Assembly: GCA_964569575.1 (NCBI GenBank)
Contig: CAZMTL010000002.1
Location: 19,618 to 83,617 of the forward strand
From: an uncultured Gammaproteobacteria bacterium
GTDB lineage: Bacteria > Patescibacteriota > Patescibacteriia > UBA9934
Direction of reading: 5' to 3'
Length of the DNA: 64,000 nucleotides
Made by a program: the position numbers and the translations under genes. Position 1 is the first letter of the stretch. Every line of letters begins with the position of its first letter. Under the pieces are notes generated by a model. That model was not told where the DNA came from, searched no databases, and saw only the letters and a list, made by a program, of their open reading frames with translations. Positions 49,861-58,123 of the stretch are shown here, piece by piece.

Positions 49861-49993
49861 AGATAGGTACAGTATAACAAATTTTCGCTCACTCTTGTGA
49901 AAGTTTTGCACATGCAACCGAAAGAAAAATCCCCACTTCTTCCAAACGCCGTTTGCGTGCAGAAAAAGTAGGGATCAGTTGAGCGAACACGAC

Positions 49994-52450
49994 TCAGGGA
50001 GCCGTCAGTACACCGAAGACAGGGACGTGTGACTCGTAGCCGTCGACCGTTCCTTCGTTCGGAACCGTCGAGAACATGACGTCGCCCGGATTGGTACCAC
50101 TCGACACAGGCACGCCATCGAACGGCGCACCAGCATGGCGGTACACACGCGAAGCCCACGAAGGAAGTGCGTCGTCTTCGTGAAACACGAAGCCGAGACG
50201 ATCACACACGTACCCAGGTCGGAACAGGTACGCGTTGAATTCGACCGAGTCTTCCTGCAGTAGAAGCGAGAGGTGCAGTCCCGAGGGCTCGACGCCGTAA
50301 CACTGAGAAATGGCAACCAAGCGGTCACCACCCCCAAACGCCACCACGCCACCCGCCTGCCCCGAACAGCCCGAACCGTACGTGGGATTGGTGCACAAAT
50401 CGGGCGGATAGAGCGTGATCACGCGTCCATCCGTCACCCACTGCGCACCAGGCGAAGCAGAGCCGTAGCGATGTTCGAAATCGCGATACACCTCATGCAC
50501 GCCATTACCATCGATATCAGCGACCACATTCGGCCACTCGCGGTAGTACCGCTGAAGCGTCAGTCGACCGTCTTCGTCCACCGCGCCGTCGCAGTCGTTG
50601 TTCGCCAAGTCCCACAGCTCGACGTGTCCCGGGTGAATTGCGGCATTACTGTCCACGCAGTCCCCGGTACACAAGCCGTATCCGTCGCCATCCACATCCG
50701 CACACCCCGCGTCAGTGTCGGTGTCCGAATCAGAATCCGCATCACTGTCTGCATCCGCGTCAGAATCGGCATCCGCATCACTGTCGGAGTCTGCGTCAGA
50801 ATCCGAATCGGCATCGCTATCCGCATCTGCGTCCGTGTCAGCATCCCCTTCTGCACAACCGAGTTCGGAATGATCCGAAGCTCCGTTGCAATTGAGGTCA
50901 CCATCCACGTAATCACACATGCTCCACCCCAGTCCCGCGAGCGGCGCACCTGGATACGAGTATTCGTACCCGTCGTCGCAATCACCCTGACAGGTGGTGA
51001 AGCCATCGAAGTCCGAGTCCGGACACAAATCGCCCGTATCGGCGTCTGCATCAGAATCGGCATCCGAGTCAGCATCGCTGTCCGCATCTGCGTCGGAATC
51101 TGCGTCGCTATCCGAATCCGCATCCGCGTCGGCATCCGACTCACCCAGCAAGGAAACCCACTCGTCCGCAGGTCCTCCACAGGTGTACACGTCCTGCTCG
51201 GTCAAGCAAAAGTAATCCGTGGCGCAATCGCCCACACGCCCCTGAACCGCCGTGATGGCACCGTCCAGAACGTGCAGAATGTCGCGATCACCAAAACCGA
51301 GCAACAAGTACGTCGACCAGTTCGCGATCGGCATCGCAACGCCGTCCGAAACCAGGTAGACGGTAGGCGTATGTTCTTCGCGCATCACCGTTCCGTCCCG
51401 AAATTCCGCCAAAGCGAAGTCCGAAACGTACTGCGAATACGAAGCGATCTGCGCCGGCACCGCCAGTTCGGACACCGAATTGATCGACATCCCCCAGCTC
51501 GCCAACACCTCACGCCAGTATTCGTGCGGAACACGCAGACGACGCTTGGCACCACCCTCACCGAGCAGCAACCACACCTCGCCTGCGTCGTGCACGGCAT
51601 CCACCGACCAATCCCCATTAACCATGCCACCCGTTTGGTAGCAGGCGAATTCCTGAGGAGAGATCACTTCCACGTTCCGGAAGTCGAATTGACCACCCCA
51701 GAACACCGACTCCGACACGAACGGTCGTAGCACACCTTCCTGCAACCAATACACCGTGCTCGAAGAAGGCTGCTTCACCAACATCCCGTTTGGATGCCAG
51801 CGAGGCGTGCTCAACCGCGAACGGTACAACCGCCCACCCGGCAGTGCACACACCATGTCACTCACAGGGTAACCAGCTTCGATTCCCGTTAGAACATCGG
51901 ACGCATACACGTCCAAGCCCTCGATCGAAGTTCCGTACACCGCATCCTGCCGTGCGTTCCCCTGGTGACGCCCCATGTGGACATGATCACCCGTCGACAT
52001 CCCCGTCGTTCCTTCGTATCCGATCAACGAACCGGCCGCCACCTGCGTACCGTCCGCCACGAACACGTCAGAGAGATGCCCAAGCAACACGTACGTACCG
52101 TCCCCCATCTCGATGTTCACATGAATGCCGAAATTGGTATTCGGCGAATCCTCGTGAACGAACGCCGTGCCCTCGACTGGCGAGTACACCAGATCACGCC
52201 GGTCGTTCGGCGTGTCGAGATCGACGTCGTACCGCGTGCTGTTCCCGCTATGCGAGAAATCACCACCCGGACCCTGAACACACATGCTGGTGTAGCCGTA
52301 GTCGAACGGCATATCCACCATCACCACATCCTGCCCACCACCAACGCCACCGGTCTGATCCCAATCCTCCAAGCCACCCGGCATACGCCAGCAGCCCGAG
52401 TTCAGAATCAGAATCAACAGCAGCATCAGCACCTGAAGATGCTTTCGCAT
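49994..52450 (-). CDS. Secreted (possibly lipoprotein) peptidase M23 (LytM-type) with long Asp/Ser/Ala acidic repeats and Cys-rich CxxDCDD...NDCDG repeats; encoded in GC-rich DNA
   Basis: MRKHLQVLMLLLILILNSGC signal; M23 motifs ...GHLSDVFVADGTQVAAGSLIGYEGTTGMSTGDHVHMG (HxH); runs of DADSDSDADSDADAD; GDCVDSNAAIHPGHVELWDLANNDCDGAVDE repeat. Confidence 0.65.
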   Translation of the reverse strand: MRKHLQVLMLLLILILNSGCWRMPGGLEDWDQTGGVGGGQDVVMVDMPFDYGYTSMCVQGPGGDFSHSGNSTRYDVDLDTPNDRRDLVYSPVEGTAFVHEDSPNTNFGIHVNIEMGDGTYVLLGHLSDVFVADGTQVAAGSLIGYEGTTGMSTGDHVHMGRHQGNARQDAVYGTSIEGLDVYASDVLTGIEAGYPVSDMVCALPGGRLYRSRLSTPRWHPNGMLVKQPSSSTVYWLQEGVLRPFVSESVFWGGQFDFRNVEVISPQEFACYQTGGMVNGDWSVDAVHDAGEVWLLLGEGGAKRRLRVPHEYWREVLASWGMSINSVSELAVPAQIASYSQYVSDFALAEFRDGTVMREEHTPTVYLVSDGVAMPIANWSTYLLLGFGDRDILHVLDGAITAVQGRVGDCATDYFCLTEQDVYTCGGPADEWVSLLGESDADADADSDSDADSDADADSDADSDADSDADADTGDLCPDSDFDGFTTCQGDCDDGYEYSYPGAPLAGLGWSMCDYVDGDLNCNGASDHSELGCAEGDADTDADADSDADSDSDADSDSDADADSDADADSDADSDSDTDTDAGCADVDGDGYGLCTGDCVDSNAAIHPGHVELWDLANNDCDGAVDEDGRLTLQRYYREWPNVVADIDGNGVHEVYRDFEHRYGSASPGAQWVTDGRVITLYPPDLCTNPTYGSGCSGQAGGVVAFGGGDRLVAISQCYGVEPSGLHLSLLLQEDSVEFNAYLFRPGYVCDRLGFVFHEDDALPSWASRVYRHAGAPFDGVPVSSGTNPGDVMFSTVPNEGTVDGYESHVPVFGVLTAP

Positions 52451-52997
52451 GCGTAACCCTTCTGTTCAATTGTAAATGTTCGCGAGACGCTTATTCGTCT
52501 CGAAGCATGAAGGAGTACGCGGTCTAATCAAACTTCGAGCAAAACAAGTAAAGAACCAGCCGAGAGGGTAAAGGGGGCTAAACCCTCTCGCATGGACGGA
52601 CAACGCCTACTCCCATAAACGTCGTCTGTAAATTGTAAAGATCTAGGAAAAGCACGTCGTTTTACTCTTCCAGCAAAGAAACCAAGGAACCCGATCGCGC
52701 CGCTCATTGAATGAAGAACCTGTCACCTCCCCACCCACCTTACGAACGCCTCAGCATTCCGCGTTCAAACCTGAACGTACTTCCATTGCACCTCAGCAAA
52801 CACCCCCAAACAAGCAAAAACCTAAACAATCCTGTCAAACACAAATAACACCTAAACTATTTTCAAAAAGAAACCCTAGCAAAATCCCACAAAAACCCTG
52901 TCGGAACCCCCCGACAAATCGTGGGGATAAAGAAATAATTAAAATTTTAAAACCTTAAAACAAGAGCAACAAGACATTAGGCAAAAATACAAAAATC

Positions 52998-54158
52998 TCA
53001 AGGGTACGTTTTTTGATTCTTCAGCCTTGGATACAAAATCGAATTTTTTATATCATCCCTGCACAAAATCCAAGTAATAAACCTCTCTACCCCCAAACCA
53101 AAACCCGAAGTAATCTGATAACCCTTCTGCCTTCGTAAATTTATGTACCATTCGTAAACTTCGGAATCAATGCCTTGCCTAAAAAGCGATTCATACATTT
53201 CATCCACATTATCCTGACGTTGACCGCATCCAACAATCTCACCACCAAAAGATCCTTCAATAATTGGGGGAAAAATCAAGTCCGCGTTGAAGACCTTACT
53301 CGAACCTTCAGAAACAGGCTTCTGATAAAATGGCACTCTATCTCGATCGTAATGCGTAATCCAAAACGGCGTAACAAATCCCAAGATCTCTGCTATCTTC
53401 AACTCACCCTCGGAAGTTAAATCCCGACCAAACGGAGTAGTACGTACAAAATCCCCATAGCCAGACTGAACTAAAGTTGAAATTGCTCGATCAAACGTAA
53501 TTACTGGAAATTTTTGTGATTGCAAAACCCTGTTCGCGGCAATCAATGATCTCTCGGAGGCTAAACTTATTTGCTGCAAAATATTCGGCAATGAAATCAA
53601 CGTATACGACAATATCTTGACATAATTCTCCACTAGAGGAATCAAGTCACTGATGCCGCCCCGTATCTCCGCCTCACAATGAAAAAATTGATTCAAATGT
53701 CGTTTATCTGGATCTTCTCCGCGCATCGAAGGCATGTAACAATAAACTTTTTCGATACCATTCAACAAAATTGGCTCAAAACCAAACTGAGAAGAATCCA
53801 CAAGATTTGAAGCATACTTTCCGAATTGAATTGGAATTGCTTCAGAATCAGAACCAGGTCCCATTGGCGAAGAAACGCTGGGAGTCAACATGAACAGATC
53901 AATATTTTTCGCTCCACATTCTACGGAGAAATAATAATCCGAAACAATTTTGACATGATGTCGCAGATAAATGAGAGCCTGAAAATAACCACTCGTCGTT
54001 AGATCAAGATAATGAGTTTCTGAATGATACTGTGGTAAAACAAATTTTTTCTGATCAATATTTTTAAAGATCAAATCATCCTTCACTATTTCCTGCATTA
54101 AATATGACGGCAACATAAAATCAATGTTCAAGTATTCTAATTCTTGCTTTATTTTCAT
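52998..54158 (-). CDS. Class IIb aaRS (AsnRS/AspRS)-like catalytic-core protein lacking an anticodon-binding OB domain (AsnA-type ligase or aspartyl-adenylate-forming enzyme)
   Basis: Motif 1-like NIDLFMLTPSVSSPMGPGSDSEAIPIQFGKYASNLVDSSQFGFE; motif 2-like MRGEDPDKRHLNQFFHCEAEIRGG; motif 3 SGFGLGVERFITW; N-terminal 60 aa not OB-like; 386 aa. Confidence 0.6.
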   Translation of the reverse strand: MKIKQELEYLNIDFMLPSYLMQEIVKDDLIFKNIDQKKFVLPQYHSETHYLDLTTSGYFQALIYLRHHVKIVSDYYFSVECGAKNIDLFMLTPSVSSPMGPGSDSEAIPIQFGKYASNLVDSSQFGFEPILLNGIEKVYCYMPSMRGEDPDKRHLNQFFHCEAEIRGGISDLIPLVENYVKILSYTLISLPNILQQISLASERSLIAANRVLQSQKFPVITFDRAISTLVQSGYGDFVRTTPFGRDLTSEGELKIAEILGFVTPFWITHYDRDRVPFYQKPVSEGSSKVFNADLIFPPIIEGSFGGEIVGCGQRQDNVDEMYESLFRQGIDSEVYEWYINLRRQKGYQITSGFGLGVERFITWILCRDDIKNSILYPRLKNQKTYP

Positions 54159-55140
54159 GCGCCATTATCTCTGCACTACCTCCAACAGGCAAAGTTGCAA
54201 GAGAAGATGTATGTCCAAAATCAACATTTGCAATAATAGGCAGATCGCTCAACTCACGCTTAGTGCCCACAATCTGATTCAGCAAATCCCTTGTCATCTT
54301 GCTTGATTTTTGAAAACGACCGATCAATATTCCTTTAACTCCCGCGAAATCAGGCTGTTGAATAAACGACTGCAAATGTCTATCGAATAGTTGGGGGTTA
54401 ATTTCAGCATCCTCTTCTAAGATCAAAATCGAATCATCAAGTCCTGGCCAAAATTCAGTTCCCTGCAAAGCGCTCAAACTTCGAACATGACCACCGATAA
54501 CTCTACCGACCGCATGGCCAGGATTAACAATCCAGTACCCTTCGTTTAAAATAAAATGTCTTTTTTCTTGATCCAAATACCAAGCATCGTCACTCCACTC
54601 CCGAGAAGATACAAGATCATAGGCGGATTCCTGCATACAACATTCCACGAAACTATCTATAGAGTAATCAAAACCATGCTTCATAGCCCAACTAGAAAAA
54701 TGAGGTCCTAAATAAGTAATCATTCCCGTTTTTGCAGTAATCGCATTAATTAACGCTGTTATATCCGAAAATCCGCAAATAATCTTTGGATTATTCTGAA
54801 TTAACTCATAATCAATATACTGAAGCAACTGGTTCGAATTATACCCTCCAATAACAGTCAAAATTGCATCTACTCGACGATCTCGAAAAGCATCGTGTAA
54901 ATCGGACACCCGGGCGCTAACCGAAGAAGAATGAAACGACTCCACTTCATTAATACGCTCGCCAAAAGACAAGGTAAATCCAAAACGGCGCAATCGATCT
55001 AACGCATCCTCAAAAATCACATCAGATAATAAGCTCAAATTTCGCGCAGGCGCTATCACGCGGATATGAGAACCTTTAACAATTCTTTTTGGCTTAATGA
55101 TATTTTTAATCTCAATAGTATCTGGCATATAAATAGACAT
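54121..55140 (-). CDS. S66-family LD-carboxypeptidase (MccF/LdcA-like serine peptidase)
   Basis: 339 aa; nucleophile motif ICGFSDITALINA; overall LdcA/MccF two-domain pattern. MccF versus LdcA cannot be distinguished by eye. Confidence 0.6.
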   Translation of the reverse strand: MSIYMPDTIEIKNIIKPKRIVKGSHIRVIAPARNLSLLSDVIFEDALDRLRRFGFTLSFGERINEVESFHSSSVSARVSDLHDAFRDRRVDAILTVIGGYNSNQLLQYIDYELIQNNPKIICGFSDITALINAITAKTGMITYLGPHFSSWAMKHGFDYSIDSFVECCMQESAYDLVSSREWSDDAWYLDQEKRHFILNEGYWIVNPGHAVGRVIGGHVRSLSALQGTEFWPGLDDSILILEEDAEINPQLFDRHLQSFIQQPDFAGVKGILIGRFQKSSKMTRDLLNQIVGTKRELSDLPIIANVDFGHTSSLATLPVGGSAEIMAHENKARIRILEH

Positions 55141-55142
55141 CT

Positions 55143-56288
55143 TTAACTTAACGCATCTACAATCTTCTTTTCATCTTCTGTTAAATTTCGCTTCATAAAT
55201 AATTCATTTTCAAATGCTTGAATATATTCCCGAATAGTTTCAGCGGACAATGATTGTTCTGAATGCTGAAATTGAACATTCTCGAAACTAGAAATGAGTT
55301 CCTGAACACGATCAAGTTCAAAACCAGCTCGTCCCCTAAAATAGCTTAACGATCTAACATACTGCTTTAAAATTCTATTTCGATTACCTTGCCCAAACGG
55401 CCGCAAACCCTCTCTATACAAAACACAACTAGTAATAATTGAATCTTCAAATTTTCGTCTTATAACTTGATCCTCGATAACTTCAAGCCCAATAACGGGT
55501 ATGCAGTCCTGAACATGATCTAAGGCATGCAATTGTTTTAGAATTACACTAGACCCCAAAGCAACTTCAATACCCAGCGAACCTTGATCATCTTCCAATA
55601 AAATAACATTTCCAATATCACTAAAGCCCTCACCAACAGGGTCACGCAACGCGATATTAAAATTCCTTCCGATCACACCCGGCACACCAATTTGATGCCG
55701 ATAATACTCAGGTTTCCTACTATCCATCTCTAACCTATCATCACAATACACCCGGGCCGCAGCAATTAAATCAGAATCCTCCGAAAAGGCTCTTACCAAA
55801 ATATTATTCGGCTGAATATGCAGCGTTCTTTCTAAAAAAGAAAACACATCACGACACCCTTCCTCTAATCCAGTTGGCGTAGAAAGAACGCCCATACTCG
55901 AAAAATACGAACCCCACTGCGGAGAAAAAGAATCATCAAACAACTTATCTACATTTCTCGTTCTTAAACAATCCTGCTGCATGAAAAGTCCTGGCGGAGC
56001 AATTGACTGCGAATTTAGATACGGTTTAAAAACACTAATATGAGAACCGATAAATCTAACCGTCGGGTCAATACCTGAAGTAATTTTTACCGAAGGTACT
56101 TGTTGATAACCAAGTAAAGCATAGTGCTCAGAAAAACTATTCAATAAATCATCAACTACCTCCTTTGCTGTTTCTGGAGAAAAACGCTCTTTGCCGTAAA
56201 TATTTTCTTCAGGAGTCTCGACGGATTTTTTCTCAAACTCTAAATGTGGCTTAAATTTCTCACTCATACTAATTAAACTTACAAACAA
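55143..56288 (-). CDS. Stand-alone alanyl-tRNA-synthetase-like catalytic domain paralogue (no tRNA-recognition/editing/C-Ala domains)
   Basis: N-terminus aligns to the AlaRS aminoacylation domain: SEHYALLGYQQVPSVKITSGIDPTVRFIGSHISVFKPY vs AlaRS F..F...GH..V.SS.LVP..DPTLLFTNAGMNQFKP; QQDCLRTRNVD vs SQRCVRAGGKHND; WGSYFSSMG vs FFEMLGNFS. Region corresponding to GMGLERI is divergent (LGSSVIL). Alternative start MSEKF at 56267. Confidence 0.5.
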   Translation of the reverse strand: MFVSLISMSEKFKPHLEFEKKSVETPEENIYGKERFSPETAKEVVDDLLNSFSEHYALLGYQQVPSVKITSGIDPTVRFIGSHISVFKPYLNSQSIAPPGLFMQQDCLRTRNVDKLFDDSFSPQWGSYFSSMGVLSTPTGLEEGCRDVFSFLERTLHIQPNNILVRAFSEDSDLIAAARVYCDDRLEMDSRKPEYYRHQIGVPGVIGRNFNIALRDPVGEGFSDIGNVILLEDDQGSLGIEVALGSSVILKQLHALDHVQDCIPVIGLEVIEDQVIRRKFEDSIITSCVLYREGLRPFGQGNRNRILKQYVRSLSYFRGRAGFELDRVQELISSFENVQFQHSEQSLSAETIREYIQAFENELFMKRNLTEDEKKIVDALS

Positions 56289-57042
56289 TTAAAATCAAGA
56301 ATTTATTCCGCCCAAAAATCTTCGCAACAAAATTACCGATCGAATTCAAGATAAATTTTGGCGTTTCCATAATCAACGGATTACCAAAGCGCTCAACCGA
56401 TACAACATCAATTTGTTTACCCGCCCCGCTAGAGACTTTATGGAAAATCCGAACAATTTCTTCTATTTTATAAAACCTCTCTGTATCTAGCTTGTAACCC
56501 GGGAGAAATTTAATCTTTTTCAAAAACCAGGCTTTTACAATAGGACCAGAGTAAAAATTCGGCATACCCACAGCAACAGCTCCACCGGAACGACAAACTC
56601 GAAACATCTCCTCAAGAATTAATTCGATATTCTCCAAGCTATAATGCTCAATGACACCAATATTCCAAACAAAATCAAATTCACCCGATTTGAAAGGCAT
56701 CTTGTATAAATCGCCTTCAACAAACTCAATACCATCGGATTCAAATTTTTTAGATAAATGAGAGGCATACTGCAACGCAACCGAAGAAATATCTAAAAGA
56801 GTCTTAGAAAACGAACGATCTAACAAAATTGTCGCCTTGCCAGAGCCACTACCCGCCTCAAGAATACGAGTCAGCTGATTCTTTTGTAAAAACTGGTCAA
56901 CAAAAACCTTCAACTCCTCGTAGTAACACTGCCACCAATATGAAGAAAATCGCTCCATTCGATCAGCTTTTAATTCCGACTCAAAAATCTTGCTCCAAAA
57001 GTCATTTTCGTGCTCAACAATCTTTTGTAAATCTTCTGTCAT
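56269..57042 (-). CDS. Class I SAM-dependent methyltransferase
   Basis: Motif I ILEAGSGSGKAT, acidic post-I LLDIS, motif II FDFVWNIGVIEH; 257 aa. Confidence 0.7.
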   Translation of the reverse strand: MTEDLQKIVEHENDFWSKIFESELKADRMERFSSYWWQCYYEELKVFVDQFLQKNQLTRILEAGSGSGKATILLDRSFSKTLLDISSVALQYASHLSKKFESDGIEFVEGDLYKMPFKSGEFDFVWNIGVIEHYSLENIELILEEMFRVCRSGGAVAVGMPNFYSGPIVKAWFLKKIKFLPGYKLDTERFYKIEEIVRIFHKVSSGAGKQIDVVSVERFGNPLIMETPKFILNSIGNFVAKIFGRNKFLILIVCKFN

Positions 57043-57174
57043 ACAACTCGATAGAAATCATCAAAATCTATAAATATTGTACGCTACATACGCAAAAAAC
57101 AAAATTTCACAGAAAAACATCATGAAATAGCTCAATAAATATAAACAAAATAACCCAAACCTTATCCCCAAGCA

Positions 57175-57203
57175 TTGACAAAACCGCTAAAATAAGCTAT
57201 GTT
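57175..57203 (+). promoter_or_regulatory. Putative sigma70 promoter (TTGACA-N17-TATGTT) for the lipoprotein gene, followed by a GNRA-tetraloop leader hairpin (57220-57237)
   Basis: Read directly; hairpin gacactc-gcaa-gagtgtc then gcttcttgctctttggg; AGGAG SD 8 nt before ATG at 57307. Confidence 0.4.
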
Positions 57204-57306
57204 TGAAGCAAAGGAGAGAGACACTCGCAAGAGTGTCGCTTCTTGCTCTTTGGGCAATGTCGCCCGTACACCACCGCGCCGCAGGGCGCCCAGATAGGAG
57301 AACCCC

Positions 57307-57978
57307 ATGCGCAACAGCATGACCTTCATCGCGTTCGCCCTCTCCCTCGTCGCCTGCAAGGCCGGCAAGGACACGGGCATCGACACCTCCAACCCGGAAG
57401 AGGTCGCGTTCATCGAGTACAACGTCACGATCGGCAACCAGCCGGTCAACATGTTCGTCTTCAATGCCGACGGACAGTCGGTCGCCAGCACCAACCGCGA
57501 AGTCCAGGTCGAACCGGGACCCTACCGGCTCCTGGTCGGCGACGGCAGCGCGTGGCACCCGAACGGCGAGTGGCCGCTGTGCCTGTACACCGACGGCAAC
57601 TACTGGGGCTGTCCGGAGACCGAGACGCTCGTCCTCGAGGACGGCGACGTGTTCCAGAGCTCCTGCGACATGTCCCTGGTCTTCTGGGGAACGTACACGC
57701 TCACCAGCCAAAGCTGCAACGAGTCTGCGTGCAACGAACCTCGCACTGAGACCAATGTCTACGTCGAGGTGCAGCCGAACCTCACGATTCTGCTCGAAAG
57801 CGGAGACGGAGACAACATCGCGAACGAGTTCAACGGAACGCTCGAAGTACAAGGAGCAAGCCTGTCGATCAACACCGATGCAACCCTTGAAGTCAACGAG
57901 TTCAACGTCGACTACATCGACTTCATCCGGTACCAGCCTAGCGGAAGCTGGAGCAACATCACCATGTCGCGCCAGTAA
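57307..57978 (+). CDS. Hypothetical lipoprotein (GC-rich gene)
   Basis: MRNSMTFIAFALSLVACK: canonical lipobox L-V-A-C; Cys-containing Asn/Thr/Glu-rich mature part; antisense ORFs 57187-58026 and 57162-57494 are shadow frames. Confidence 0.6.
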   Translation: MRNSMTFIAFALSLVACKAGKDTGIDTSNPEEVAFIEYNVTIGNQPVNMFVFNADGQSVASTNREVQVEPGPYRLLVGDGSAWHPNGEWPLCLYTDGNYWGCPETETLVLEDGDVFQSSCDMSLVFWGTYTLTSQSCNESACNEPRTETNVYVEVQPNLTILLESGDGDNIANEFNGTLEVQGASLSINTDATLEVNEFNVDYIDFIRYQPSGSWSNITMSRQ

Positions 57979-58094
57979 CAACTTTGCACGACGGCATTCA
58001 AGACCCCCTAGTTCCACCTTCCGCACACGGCAGAAGGCGCAGCGAACAAGGGGGTCTCGCTATTTCAAAAAATTTAATTAAACTACGATAAATA

Positions 58095-58121
58095 AAAAGA
58101 GAGCTTTATTGCTCTCTTTTT
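58095..58121. terminator. Bidirectional rho-independent terminator between convergent lipoprotein gene and giant-protein gene
   Basis: aaaaagagagc-tttatt-gctctcttttt perfect 11-bp stem with A/T tracts on both sides; giant-gene stop TAA at 58124-58126. Confidence 0.7.
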
Positions 58122-58123
58122 AT

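Noticed and set aside
50273-51730. 485-aa plus-strand ORF and 206-aa minus-strand ORF (50560-51180) inside the M23 gene
   Set aside because: Both are antisense or alternative frames through the GAC/GAT-rich acidic repeats of the M23 gene (products are poly-R/I/V low complexity). The M23 frame has a signal peptide and catalytic motifs.
57061-57123. 20-codon minus-strand ORF (MMFFCEILFFAYVAYNIYRF) upstream of the methyltransferase as a possible MccA-like precursor peptide
   Set aside because: It overlaps the only plausible -10 element (TACAAT) for the cluster and has no SD; more likely promoter DNA. No other convincing short ORF with an Asn/Asp C-terminus was seen flanking the cluster.
57187-58026. 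279-aa minus-strand ORF antisense to the lipoprotein gene
   Set aside because: Product is Ala/Arg/Val-rich low complexity. The plus-strand frame has promoter, SD and a canonical lipobox signal peptide.
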